This document shows positions 41,576 through 50,817 of a DNA stretch of 64,000 nt, in pieces. The notes beneath the pieces were generated by a model. The model saw nothing but the letters and a program-made list of their open reading frames with translations, did not search any database and was not told the DNA's origin. The DNA comes from Halothiobacillaceae bacterium (GTDB lineage Bacteria; Pseudomonadota; Gammaproteobacteria; Halothiobacillales; Halothiobacillaceae), in NCBI GenBank assembly GCA_050178405.1, contig JBFXGB010000002.1, positions 4,017 through 68,016 on the forward strand, in the 5' to 3' direction. Within the stretch, counting starts at the first letter, position 1; the number at the start of each line of letters is the position of its first letter. The position numbers and the translations under genes are program-made.

Positions 41576-42058
41576 ATGCAGCTCCCCATCACTAGTAACG
41601 ATTTGCGCAAAACTCTTCTCGGTGCCGAATTGACCGAACTGGAGTGCAGCACCCTTGCGCAAGTTTGCACCGTGCGCCATATCGCAAGCGGCGAAGTTTT
41701 ATTCCGTGAAGGCGAATCCCACCACGAGCTGTACGTCATTCTCGATGGCCGTTTAGCGGTCAACAAAGACAGCGGACGCGGCTTTGCCGACACCCTGCAT
41801 ATTTTGAGCCAAGGCGATTTAGCGGGTGAATCCGGCTTTCTCGATGGCAAACCCCACTCCGCCACCCTGCGCGCCGTGGGCGATGCCACTGTACTCGCCC
41901 TGCACCGCGAGAACTTGGAGCGCCTGATTAAAGACCACCCATTTATGGTCTATCACGTTATGCGCGCCATTATCCGCAGCATTCGCGGCATCATGCTGCG
42001 CATGAATACCCAATGCAGCCAAATGACGCAGTATATTCAAAGTGGCAGCCGGTTTTAA
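41576..42058 (+). CDS. Stand-alone cyclic nucleotide-binding domain protein (Crp/Fnr-like, no HTH)
   Basis: LFREGE, LYVILDGRLAV, GDLAGESGFLDGKPHSATLRA. Confidence 0.9.
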   Translation: MQLPITSNDLRKTLLGAELTELECSTLAQVCTVRHIASGEVLFREGESHHELYVILDGRLAVNKDSGRGFADTLHILSQGDLAGESGFLDGKPHSATLRAVGDATVLALHRENLERLIKDHPFMVYHVMRAIIRSIRGIMLRMNTQCSQMTQYIQSGSRF

Positions 42059-42087
42059 GGCGCTCAATACTGGATGCGGAATCACAG

Positions 42088-42109
42088 AAAGGCGGGGAAT
42101 CCCGCCTTT
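42088..42109 (+). terminator. Hairpin between the cNMP-binding gene and mrr; candidate terminator
   Basis: AAAGGCGGG-GAAT-CCCGCCTTT with a short U-tract. Confidence 0.5.
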
Positions 42110-42142
42110 GTCATAATGTGATACTCCAAAAGGAAAAGAATC

Positions 42143-43057
42143 ATGCCCATTCCAGACTTTCAATCTTTAATGCTTCCTCTTCTGCGTTTTACATCAGACG
42201 GAAGGGAGCACACTTTGCGTGAAGCTGAGGATGCGCTTGCACTTGAGTTCAACTTAAATGCAGCAGAAAAAGCTGAATTATTACCTAGTGGGCGGCAGGC
42301 TATATTTTCCAACCGCATTGGGTGGGCGCGCCTGCATATCAAGAAAGCAGGACTTGTTGAGCAACCGCGTCGTGGTTATTTCAACATTACCTCTCGCGGA
42401 TACGAGGTGCTTAAAAACCCGCCCGAAAAAATTAATCTTAAATACCTAGATCAATTCCCAGAGCATGTTGAGTTCAGAAACTCCAGCCGCAATGACAATG
42501 TAGAAAAAGTCATAGTTTCTCAACCTGCTCAAGAGCAAACGCCTGAAGAATCTTTAGAAACCGCATTTCAAACCCTGCGACGCGAACTCGCGCAGGATAT
42601 TTTGAGTCGTGTTTTGTCTTGCTCCCCCGCATTTTTTGAACAACTCGTCGTCGAATTACTCGTCAAAATGGGTTACGGTGGCTCACGTCGTGATGCAGGC
42701 GAGCGCATCGGGCAAAGCGGCGACGGTGGCATCGACGGCATTATTAAAGAAGATCGCCTCGGTTTAGATACGATTTATCTGCAAGCCAAGCGCTGGCAAG
42801 GCTCTGTGGGCAGACCCGAAATTCAGAAATTTGTCGGTGCTTTAGAAGGCCAACGCGCACGCAAAGGCGTGTTTTTGACGACATCGACATTTACCGCTGA
42901 AGCAACCAACTATGTCAGTAACATTGATAAAAAAGTCGTCCTTATCGATGGGGAAATGCTTGCCAATTTGATGATTGATTTTGATGTGGGCGTTTCCATT
43001 TCCACCACTTACACCCTCAAGCGCATGGATTCCGATTACTTCGATGACTCATTCTAA
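42143..43057 (+). CDS. mrr: Mrr type IV restriction endonuclease
   Basis: Mrr_N start MPIPDFQSLMLPLL, NRIGWARLHIKKAGL, SGDGGIDG...YLQAKRW, LIDGEML. Confidence 0.95.
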   Translation: MPIPDFQSLMLPLLRFTSDGREHTLREAEDALALEFNLNAAEKAELLPSGRQAIFSNRIGWARLHIKKAGLVEQPRRGYFNITSRGYEVLKNPPEKINLKYLDQFPEHVEFRNSSRNDNVEKVIVSQPAQEQTPEESLETAFQTLRRELAQDILSRVLSCSPAFFEQLVVELLVKMGYGGSRRDAGERIGQSGDGGIDGIIKEDRLGLDTIYLQAKRWQGSVGRPEIQKFVGALEGQRARKGVFLTTSTFTAEATNYVSNIDKKVVLIDGEMLANLMIDFDVGVSISTTYTLKRMDSDYFDDSF

Positions 43058-43697
43058 ACCCACCGCTTTCCTCTTCGACCTTGACGGCACGCTCGTCGAT
43101 ACCGCGCCGGATATGGCGGGGGCACTCAATCGTTTGCGTGCCGAACACGATTTACCCGCCTTGCCGTTTGCCAAGATTCGCCCGTGGGTTTCGCATGGCG
43201 CGGGCGCATTGGTTCGCTTAGGCTTTGGTGCAGACTTGGATGCTGAGCGCAAAGAAGCCTTGCGTCAGCGTTATCTTGCCATTTACACCGCGCATCTTTG
43301 TGTGGAGAGCACACTATTCCCCGGCATGGCGGGCGTGCTTAAAGCTCTCAGCAACCAAGGACGCAGTTGGGGCGTTGTGACCAACAAACCCGCTTTTCTG
43401 ACCGAGCCACTGCTCGCGGGCTTGGGGCTTGCCACGCCCTGCATCGTCAGCGGTGACACCTTGCCGGTGAACAAACCCGACCCTGCCCCGGTGCGCCATG
43501 CCTGCGCCTTGCTTGGTTTGGCGGTCAACGAATGCGTCATGGTGGGCGATCATAAGCGCGATATTGATGCCGCCCGCGCCGCAGGCTGCCCGTCGATTGC
43601 CGCTGCATTTGGCTATATCCAGCACGACGATGACCCGCACACTTGGGGCCCAGATGCGGTGGTTAATCACGCCGAGGAATTGCACGCTTGGATTTGA
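43044..43697 (+). CDS. gph: Phosphoglycolate phosphatase (HAD superfamily)
   Basis: FDLDGTLVDT, VVTNKP, KPDPAP, MVGDHKRDI; ATG 43044 overlaps the mrr end. Confidence 0.92.
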   Translation: MTHSKPTAFLFDLDGTLVDTAPDMAGALNRLRAEHDLPALPFAKIRPWVSHGAGALVRLGFGADLDAERKEALRQRYLAIYTAHLCVESTLFPGMAGVLKALSNQGRSWGVVTNKPAFLTEPLLAGLGLATPCIVSGDTLPVNKPDPAPVRHACALLGLAVNECVMVGDHKRDIDAARAAGCPSIAAAFGYIQHDDDPHTWGPDAVVNHAEELHAWI

Positions 43698-45250
43698 ACC
43701 TATCACCCGATCAGCAGCTCATGCTGTTTGTTTTTGCTGCCTTTTTACTCGGCGTATTGCTCACTTGGTTGATTCTGCGGGCAAGTCGCCAAGCACTTGA
43801 AGCACGATTGTCCGAGCGCCTGCGCGCCGCAGAGGATGAAATCAGCGAACAACTGACCGAGCGTCAAAAACTCGACCATGACAACCAGCAGTTACGCGCC
43901 GCCCTGAGTCAAGCCAGCACGCAAAGCGCCATGCTGCATGAGCGCGCCAGCCGCATTGCGCCGCTCGAACAGGAAACCGCGGGATTACGCGCCCAGCTTG
44001 AACACATCGAACATGAACGCCGCTCATGCGGCGAACGTGCAGCGGCTTTACTTGCCGAACTCGAACCGTTGCGCCTGCGCATGGAAAATACCGAGCGCAC
44101 CCTGCTTGAAACCACGCAAGAGCGTGACCGCACCCGCGAAAGTCTCGCCCAAACCCAGACCCAACTTGAAGCCGAACGCATGCAAGCGCAAGAAAAACTC
44201 GCCTTGCTGCTCGAAGCCAAAACCCAGCTTGGCGAGCAGTTCAAAGTGCTGGCGAATGACATTCTGGAAGAAAAAACCATCCGCTTTACCGAACAGAATC
44301 AAAGCCAAATCGGCCAACTTCTCAACCCTTTGCGCGAGCGTCTGAGTGAGTTCCAAAAGAAAGTCGAAGACAGCTACGGTCAAGAAGCCCGCGAACGCCA
44401 CGCCCTGCGCGAAGAACTCAAACGCCTTGCCGAGTTAAACAGCAGTCTTGGACACGAGGCAGCAAGCCTCACCCGTGCCCTCAAAGGCGAGCGCAAAACG
44501 CAAGGCATGTGGGGCGAGATGATTTTAGAAACCGTGCTCGATAGCTCCGGCTTGCGCAAAGGTTTTGAGTACGAAACCCAAGTGAGCCTCGCCCATGCAG
44601 GCAGCCGCGCCCAGCCGGATGCCTTGATTTACTTGCCGGAAAACCGCGTCATTATTGTGGATGCCAAGGTTTCTCTTTCGGCGTATGAGCGTTACATCAA
44701 CGACGACGATGCGGCAGAAAAAGCACGCCATCTTAAAGACCATATCACCGCCCTGCGCGCCCACATTGCCGGACTCTCCGACAAGGCTTACGAAAATATC
44801 CCAGATTTGCGCACCCTCGATTTTGTAGTGCTGTTTGTGCCCATCGAACCCGCCTTGATGCTGGCTATGGAGCACGACAAAGCCCTGTTTCAAGACGCGC
44901 TTAAACGCAATATCGTGCTGGTTTCCCCCACCACCTTGCTTGCCGTATTGCGCACCATTGCGCATGTGTGGCGACAAGAACAGCAAAATCAAAATGCGCA
45001 AGAAATCGCCCGTCAGGCCGGGGATTTGTACGACAAGCTCGCGGGCTTTGTGGACGATATGCAGACGCTTGGGCAACGCATTGAACAAACCACCAAGACC
45101 TATGACGCGGCATTCAACAAGCTCTCCAGCGGGCGCGGCAATGTCATCAGCCGCGCACAAAAACTGCACCGTTTGGGGGTGCAATCGACCAAAACCCTGC
45201 CGGACAATATGGTGCAAGCCGCCTTAGAAAGCGACCTAGACAGTGATTAA
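43688..45250 (+). CDS. rmuC: DNA recombination protein RmuC
   Basis: N-terminal TM and coiled coil, KTQGMWGEMILE, QPDALIYLP, IVDAKVSL, VSPTTLLAVLRT. Confidence 0.96.
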   Translation: MDLNLSPDQQLMLFVFAAFLLGVLLTWLILRASRQALEARLSERLRAAEDEISEQLTERQKLDHDNQQLRAALSQASTQSAMLHERASRIAPLEQETAGLRAQLEHIEHERRSCGERAAALLAELEPLRLRMENTERTLLETTQERDRTRESLAQTQTQLEAERMQAQEKLALLLEAKTQLGEQFKVLANDILEEKTIRFTEQNQSQIGQLLNPLRERLSEFQKKVEDSYGQEARERHALREELKRLAELNSSLGHEAASLTRALKGERKTQGMWGEMILETVLDSSGLRKGFEYETQVSLAHAGSRAQPDALIYLPENRVIIVDAKVSLSAYERYINDDDAAEKARHLKDHITALRAHIAGLSDKAYENIPDLRTLDFVVLFVPIEPALMLAMEHDKALFQDALKRNIVLVSPTTLLAVLRTIAHVWRQEQQNQNAQEIARQAGDLYDKLAGFVDDMQTLGQRIEQTTKTYDAAFNKLSSGRGNVISRAQKLHRLGVQSTKTLPDNMVQAALESDLDSD

Positions 45251-45441
45251 AACTTACGCAAAACGTGGATTTGGCTCCCTCTCCCCTCGCGGGGAGAGCG
45301 AAGCGAGGGGGGCGAAGCCGCTGGGGAGAGGGGGCGGGAGCATCTGCTAAAACATAGGCTTATGCCAGCATCTCCACCCCCTCCCCAACCCTCCCCCGTC
45401 AAGGGGGAGGGAGTGAATCCACGCATTCTGCGTAAGTTACA
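45248..45441. mobile_element. Degenerate TAGGACTTACGCA MITE with CCCTCTCCC cargo
   Basis: TAAAACTTACGCA ... TGCGTAAGTTACA; flanks GTGAT/GCAAT match 3/5; begins at the rmuC stop. Confidence 0.8.
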
Positions 45442-45472
45442 GCAATATGAAAAGCGAAGAAGAACGAGCCCT

Positions 45473-46153
45473 ATGAACACCCTGACACAACGCCACCCTC
45501 TCATGCGCTCCGCCTTGCCGCGTCCAGCCGCATCGCCACTCGCCCACATGCTGCAAGGAAGCCATGCCGCATGGAATGCCGAAAATGCGAAATTAAGTGC
45601 AGGTCACGCCGACCATGCCGAACTCATGCAGTCTGCGCGTGTGCTTGGCGGCGAGCTAATGAAATCCCAACTTGAATACCTATGGCCTAAAGCCGATGCA
45701 CACAGTTTGGCGCTCGCCCAAGGCTTGGGCGTAGCACTTTGGCTGACCGAAATGCTGCTTTTCCTGCGTGAAGATGCAGGGACAGGGCTTATGCTCCTGC
45801 CGCGTGATTCAATGCGCAAAAACATGGTCGAAGCCGAACAACTCACCACCGGCAAACACGACTTTGCCCTGCGTCGCCAAGCCGAACAACTTGCCGCCAT
45901 TAGCATGAAAATCCTGCAAGGCAGCGCGCCCTTGGGTCGTTCTGCCCCATTATTATTACGCTACCGCCTACGCTGGACGATGCTTTACGCAGGCTACATC
46001 CTGCAGATCATGCAGCGCGACCCCAAAGCACCTTTTATCCAACCCGTATTGAGCTTCCGCGAACGTTTAACCCTGCTTAAAAACACCTTGTTTATCAGCA
46101 CACCATCCGCCCAAAAAGGCCAAAGCTGCGGTAGTGGCGGTTGTTCAAGCTAA
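45473..46153 (+). CDS. Degenerate squalene/phytoene synthase-fold protein (HpnC-like) lacking the Asp-rich motifs
   Basis: LGVALWLTEMLLFLREDAGTGLMLLP aligns by eye with the LG-A-QLTN--RDV-ED---GR-YLP motif; C-terminal CGSGGC. Confidence 0.6.
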   Translation: MNTLTQRHPLMRSALPRPAASPLAHMLQGSHAAWNAENAKLSAGHADHAELMQSARVLGGELMKSQLEYLWPKADAHSLALAQGLGVALWLTEMLLFLREDAGTGLMLLPRDSMRKNMVEAEQLTTGKHDFALRRQAEQLAAISMKILQGSAPLGRSAPLLLRYRLRWTMLYAGYILQIMQRDPKAPFIQPVLSFRERLTLLKNTLFISTPSAQKGQSCGSGGCSS

Positions 46154-46157
46154 ATCC

Positions 46158-47030
46158 ATGTCAAGCAACGCACTCAACCCCGTCGAATTTTGCCGCCAGC
46201 TCGCCGCCCCGCAAGGCTCGGCGAATTATTACGCCACCTTGTATCTGCCCGCCACACAACAAGCCCCAGCGTGGGCGGTGCTTGCACTGCGTCAAGAACT
46301 AAGCAATGTGGTCACTAAAATTGCCGAACCTAGCGTGGCACAAGCGCGCCTTGATTGGTGGCAAGCCGAATTGCACAGCGCGGCGCAAAACCATGCACAA
46401 CACCCGATTGCTCAAGCCCTCAGCCAATACGTGCTTCAGCACGCGGGGCACGATGCCCTGCTGGATGAAATGCTCCACGGTGCCTACGCTCGGCTGCACT
46501 CTGCGCAGATTGAAAATGCCAGCGACTTTGCTCTGATGAGCTACCGCCAAGACACCGCTGCCTGGCTGATTTTGACCGACATGGACGGCGAGGCCGGGCG
46601 CATGGAACGCGATTTTGCCCATGCCATCGGCAGCATCTTCACTTGGACGCGGGTACTGCACATGCTAGGCCGCGATGCCGCCCAAGGTGAAATCTGGATT
46701 CCGCAAATGACTTTGCAGCAACACAATCTTACCGCCGCCGATTTAATGCAGCCGCGCACCACCGAGCGTGTCCGCGCCATGTTGGCCGAACTTGGGCAAC
46801 ATATCCGCCAACATATCCAACACGCCAAAGGCTTACTCCCCGCCACAGCACAGCGCAAGCACATCATGGCTTTTGTCAGCCTCGCCCACGCCGAAGCCTT
46901 ACTCAAAACCATGCAAAAGCACGACTGGAACTTGTTGGAAAGCCGCCCCGAACTCACCCCGTTGCAGCTTTTATGGACCGCCTGGCGCACCGCAGGCAAA
47001 GCGCGACGTGGCAAAATCAAGCCAATTTAA
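46158..47030 (+). CDS. Squalene/phytoene synthase-family protein (HpnD-like) with degenerate catalytic motifs
   Basis: FCRQLAAPQGSANYYA, EPSVAQARLDWWQAE, HPIAQAL, LGRDAAQGEIWIP, RPELTPLQLLWTAW. Confidence 0.82.
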   Translation: MSSNALNPVEFCRQLAAPQGSANYYATLYLPATQQAPAWAVLALRQELSNVVTKIAEPSVAQARLDWWQAELHSAAQNHAQHPIAQALSQYVLQHAGHDALLDEMLHGAYARLHSAQIENASDFALMSYRQDTAAWLILTDMDGEAGRMERDFAHAIGSIFTWTRVLHMLGRDAAQGEIWIPQMTLQQHNLTAADLMQPRTTERVRAMLAELGQHIRQHIQHAKGLLPATAQRKHIMAFVSLAHAEALLKTMQKHDWNLLESRPELTPLQLLWTAWRTAGKARRGKIKPI

Positions 47031-47047
47031 GAGCACTAGAACATCTT

Positions 47048-47710
47048 ATGCAGAACAAAACGCCCCCCACTTACCTCATCACCGGAGCCACAGGACACCT
47101 TGGCCGTGCGTTAAGCCTGCTTGCCGCAAGTCAAGGCGCGCGCCTGATTCTTCTTGGGCGCAAACCGGATGCGCTCATGGCCTTGGCCGATGAAATCGTT
47201 GCCCAAGGCGGCACTGAACCCTTGCTTCACGCCATAGATTTTGCTGGTGCGCAGGCCGAAGACTACAGCCAACTCGCAGAACTCTTGCGCCAACATACCC
47301 CGCAACTCAATGCTCTGCTGCACCTTGCCGCCGATATTGCCGCCCCTGCACCGCTCGCGCATGTTGACCCAAGCATCTGGAATCGCGTCTTGCGGGTGAA
47401 TTTGACCGCGCCGTTTTTACTGACCCGCGCCTGTTTGCCTTTGCTCCTTGCTGCGCAAGGTCGGGTCATGTTTATGGGCGATCACAACCCAGCGAGCTAT
47501 CTTGGTGCGTATGCCGTAAGCAAAGCGGGACTAGAACAACAAGCTCGGCAATGGGCGGATGAACAACCCGAACTGCAGATTGAAATCTTTATCCCGCCCC
47601 CCATGCCTACGCCCTTGTATGCACGCATTTTTCCCGGCAAATCGCCCGAAGGCCTAACTCCGGTGGCACAAGTTGCGCAGGAAATTTTCCAAAGAATGAC
47701 AAACGGCTGA
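47048..47710 (+). CDS. Short-chain dehydrogenase/reductase (YciK-like)
   Basis: ITGATGHLG, LRVNLTAPFLLT, GAYAVSKAG (YxxxK). Confidence 0.88.
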   Translation: MQNKTPPTYLITGATGHLGRALSLLAASQGARLILLGRKPDALMALADEIVAQGGTEPLLHAIDFAGAQAEDYSQLAELLRQHTPQLNALLHLAADIAAPAPLAHVDPSIWNRVLRVNLTAPFLLTRACLPLLLAAQGRVMFMGDHNPASYLGAYAVSKAGLEQQARQWADEQPELQIEIFIPPPMPTPLYARIFPGKSPEGLTPVAQVAQEIFQRMTNG

Positions 47711-47715
47711 ATGGC

Positions 47716-48873
47716 TCACCCACGCCGACGCGGTGGACGAACCTCCGCGCCGCGTTCACGGCTTGGCTCTCGCCCAAGGGCACGTCCTGCACCATTGTGC
47801 CCACCGCCCTCTCGCCGAGGCGTTGCACGTGCTGGTCGTCCTTCCGATTGTGTCACCACCTCTTCACGCTCTGCACGTCCGGCACGCACCACATAGGTTT
47901 TACGCTCCGAAGGCGCGTGAGGTTCACGGCGAGGCTCACGACGCGCATCAGCCGCACGCGCCGGCATATCGCGTGAGGATGGGCGCGCGGGTGAACGCTC
48001 ACCTGCACGCGCACGCGCCTCAGCGCCATGTCCACGCTTGTCTGCGCCCGATTCACGCTCCGCAGGACGTTTGGGAAACGCTGGGCGCACCGCCGAACGA
48101 CGCGGATCTCGCGTCCCTTCCGCCATGCTTTTCTTCGACGGCATGGCCATACTCACCGCCAAGGCCTCGGCCTCTTCGGCGGTCAACATATTCCACTTGC
48201 CCGGACGCAAACGCGGCGGCAATGCCAAATCACCGTACTGAATACGAATCAGGCGGCTCACCGGCACGCCCACCGCCTCAAACATGCGCCGCACCTCGCG
48301 GTTGCGCCCTTCGCGCAGGCCGACGTGGTACCAGTGGTTCATACCCGTGCCGCCCGCATCTTCGATGGACTCGAAAGTCGCCACGCCATCCTCCAGCTCG
48401 ACCCCTTCTTTAAGCTGCTTAATCATCGCAGGGGTCAAATCGCCAAAAATGCGTGCCGCATACACCCGCAACAATTCTTGCGAGGGGTGCATCATGCGAT
48501 TTGCTAGCTCGCCGTCATTGGTCACAATCAGCAGGCCGGAGGTATTAAAGTCCAAGCGCCCCACCGTAATCCAGCGCCCGTCACGAATCGGCGGCAGGCT
48601 TTCAAACACCGTGGGACGACCTTCTGGGTCAAAGCGCGTGGTCAGCTCGCCTTCCGGCTTGTGATACATCAACACACGGCGGGTAAAACTTTCTACCCGT
48701 GAGCGCACCGGCTGGCCGCGAATTTCCACCCGATCGGTCGGCAACATCCGCGAGCCCAAGGTCGCCACTTCACCGTTCACCTTGACCTCGCCTGCCTCAA
48801 TCCATTGCTCAATCGCCCGCCGCGAGCCCAAACCCCAGCCCGCCAGTACCTTTTGTAATCGTTCGCCTTGCAT
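47716..48873 (-). CDS. rluB: 23S rRNA pseudouridine synthase RluB-like, with an Arg-rich tail
   Basis: GERLQKVLA..GLGSRR, YHKPEG, VGRLDFNTSGLL, EGRNREVRR. Confidence 0.93.
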   Translation of the reverse strand: MQGERLQKVLAGWGLGSRRAIEQWIEAGEVKVNGEVATLGSRMLPTDRVEIRGQPVRSRVESFTRRVLMYHKPEGELTTRFDPEGRPTVFESLPPIRDGRWITVGRLDFNTSGLLIVTNDGELANRMMHPSQELLRVYAARIFGDLTPAMIKQLKEGVELEDGVATFESIEDAGGTGMNHWYHVGLREGRNREVRRMFEAVGVPVSRLIRIQYGDLALPPRLRPGKWNMLTAEEAEALAVSMAMPSKKSMAEGTRDPRRSAVRPAFPKRPAERESGADKRGHGAEARARAGERSPARPSSRDMPARAADARREPRREPHAPSERKTYVVRAGRAEREEVVTQSEGRPARATPRREGGGHNGAGRALGREPSRERGAEVRPPRRRG

Positions 48874-49025
48874 GTCTTTACACCTTATTTAATGCACGCA
48901 TGATACAACGATGCGGCAGGTTCAATGCGCTCAATTCGGTGATGGCTATTGAGCCTAAGCGCATGCACCGCTAAGCTTCGCGTTTTGGGCACGGATGCCC
49001 CACTTAATTTATAGCGAATTGCTTT

Positions 49026-49526
49026 ATGTCTACTCAATCTTTGCCGCTCGTCGGTGTCGTCATGGGTTCCAAGTCCGACTGGGACACCATGCAGCACAGT
49101 GTCGAAATTCTTGAATCGTTTGGTATCGCCCACGAAGTGCGCGTGGTCTCGGCGCATCGCACGCCTGATTTACTGATGGATTATGCCAACGAAGCTGCCG
49201 AGCGTGGCCTCGAAGTCATTATTGCCGGCGCAGGCGGCGCGGCACATTTACCCGGCATGTTGGCCGCCAAAACCATCGTGCCGGTGCTCGGCGTGCCGGT
49301 ACAATCCAAAGCACTTAACGGCATGGACTCGCTGCTCTCCATCGTGCAAATGCCCGCGGGCATTCCGGTGGCCACCTTGGCCATCGGCCAAGCCGGAGCC
49401 AAAAACGCTGCCTTGCTGAGCATTGCCATTTTAGGCAACAGCCGCCCTGAATTGCGCGCAAAGCTCATACAATTCCGCGATGAACAAACGACCAGCGTGC
49501 TAGAACATCCCGATCCGCGAGTTTGA
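49026..49526 (+). CDS. purE: N5-CAIR mutase
   Basis: [38 protein letters not shown]. Confidence 0.98.
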   Translation: MSTQSLPLVGVVMGSKSDWDTMQHSVEILESFGIAHEVRVVSAHRTPDLLMDYANEAAERGLEVIIAGAGGAAHLPGMLAAKTIVPVLGVPVQSKALNGMDSLLSIVQMPAGIPVATLAIGQAGAKNAALLSIAILGNSRPELRAKLIQFRDEQTTSVLEHPDPRV

Positions 49527-50677
49527 ATACAGAGATTGACCGCATGACACAATCATTTAGCGAAACCACAAGCCACGAACCCCAAGCGGAAGCCAAGCGC
49601 ATCGGCATCATCGGTGGTGGTCAACTCGGGCGTATGCTCGCCCTTGCGGGCATTCCGCTGGGTCTTGAGTTTGTCTTCCTCGACCCAGGCCATGCAGCCT
49701 GCGCCGCCACCTTGGGTACGCAAATTATTGCCGATTACGACGACCCCAGTGCGCTGCAACAGCTTATTCAAGCCACCGACATCATCACCTTGGAATTTGA
49801 AAACATCCCCATGCCTGCGCTGCACCTCACCAACGCGCAGACCCGGCTGTTTCCACCGCCCAAAGCCTTGGAAATCGCGCAGGATCGGGTGAATGAAAAA
49901 TCCATGTTCGCTGAACTAGATATTCCCACTCCGCCCTGGCGCGCAGTCGAACACTTAGCTGAACTAGAACAAGCTGTGGCTGAAATTGGCTTACCCGCCG
50001 TGCTCAAAACCCGTCGTTTAGGCTACGACGGCAAAGGTCAGTACGTTTTACGCGAACCGCATGACATTCAAGCCGCGTGGGACGCACTCGGTGGCAGCAG
50101 CTTGATTTTGGAAGGATTTATTCAATTTTCACGCGAAGTCTCCCTGATTGCCGTGCGCTCACGTTCGGGCGAGTTGGCGTTTTATGCGCTCTCAGAAAAC
50201 ACCCACGAAGCTGGCATTCTTAAGCTCTCACTGAGTCGAGCCCACGACCCCATGCAGCTTGAGGCCGAAACCTACGCCCGCCGCGTGTTGGAGGCCTTGG
50301 ATTACGTCGGCTGCTTGGGTTTCGAGTTCTTCGTTACATCAAACGGCCTGATTGCCAATGAAATCGCCCCGCGCGTACACAACACCGGACACTGGACGAT
50401 TGAGGGCGCAGTGTGCAGCCAATTTGAAAATCACCTGCGGGCGATTCTCGATCTGCCCCTTGGCAGCACCGCCCTGCGTGGAGCCAGCGCCATGCTGAAT
50501 TTCATTGGTGATTTGCCCCCTCGCGAACGCGCCATGAGTATTCCTGATTTGTATTTTCACGCCTATGGCAAAGACGCCCGCGTTGGGCGCAAAGTGGGGC
50601 ACGCCACGCTTGTCGTCGCCTCTGAGGGCGAGCGTGATGTGCGTCTGCCTGAATTGCTCGCGCTGGGTGCGATGTAA
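49523..50677 (+). CDS. purK: N5-CAIR synthetase
   Basis: [32 protein letters not shown]; start TTG 49523 or ATG 49544. Confidence 0.96.
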   Translation: MNTEIDRMTQSFSETTSHEPQAEAKRIGIIGGGQLGRMLALAGIPLGLEFVFLDPGHAACAATLGTQIIADYDDPSALQQLIQATDIITLEFENIPMPALHLTNAQTRLFPPPKALEIAQDRVNEKSMFAELDIPTPPWRAVEHLAELEQAVAEIGLPAVLKTRRLGYDGKGQYVLREPHDIQAAWDALGGSSLILEGFIQFSREVSLIAVRSRSGELAFYALSENTHEAGILKLSLSRAHDPMQLEAETYARRVLEALDYVGCLGFEFFVTSNGLIANEIAPRVHNTGHWTIEGAVCSQFENHLRAILDLPLGSTALRGASAMLNFIGDLPPRERAMSIPDLYFHAYGKDARVGRKVGHATLVVASEGERDVRLPELLALGAM

Positions 50678-50707
50678 TTAGAACGTATTGACGATGTTTG
50701 ATACGGT

Positions 50708-50816
50708 GTAGCCCGGATGGAGCGTAGCGGGAATCCGGGGGCAGCTGGGTTCGTTGCACCGCTTTCCCCGGGTTGGCACCCGGGCTACGAGACCCGGACA
50801 CTTTTGCGTAATCCTA
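50708..50816 (+). repeat. GTAG REP doublet (family A, 50708-50788) followed by a MITE right end (TGCGTAATCCTA)
   Basis: GTAGCCCGGATGGAGCGTAGCGGGAATCCGGGG ... CCCCGGGTTGGCACCCGGGCTAC, then ttttgcgtaatccta. Confidence 0.82.
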
Positions 50817-50817
50817 A

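Noticed and set aside
45362-45472. N-terminal extension of the HpnC-like ORF (MPASPPPPQPSPVKGEG...)
   Set aside because: Derived from the MITE; ATG 45473 is the more plausible start, though use of the upstream ATG cannot be excluded
47716-48130. Long Arg/Ala/Glu-rich RluB tail and overlapping plus-strand ORFs
   Set aside because: Disordered basic tails are common in RluB; the opposite-strand ORFs are GC-rich shadows
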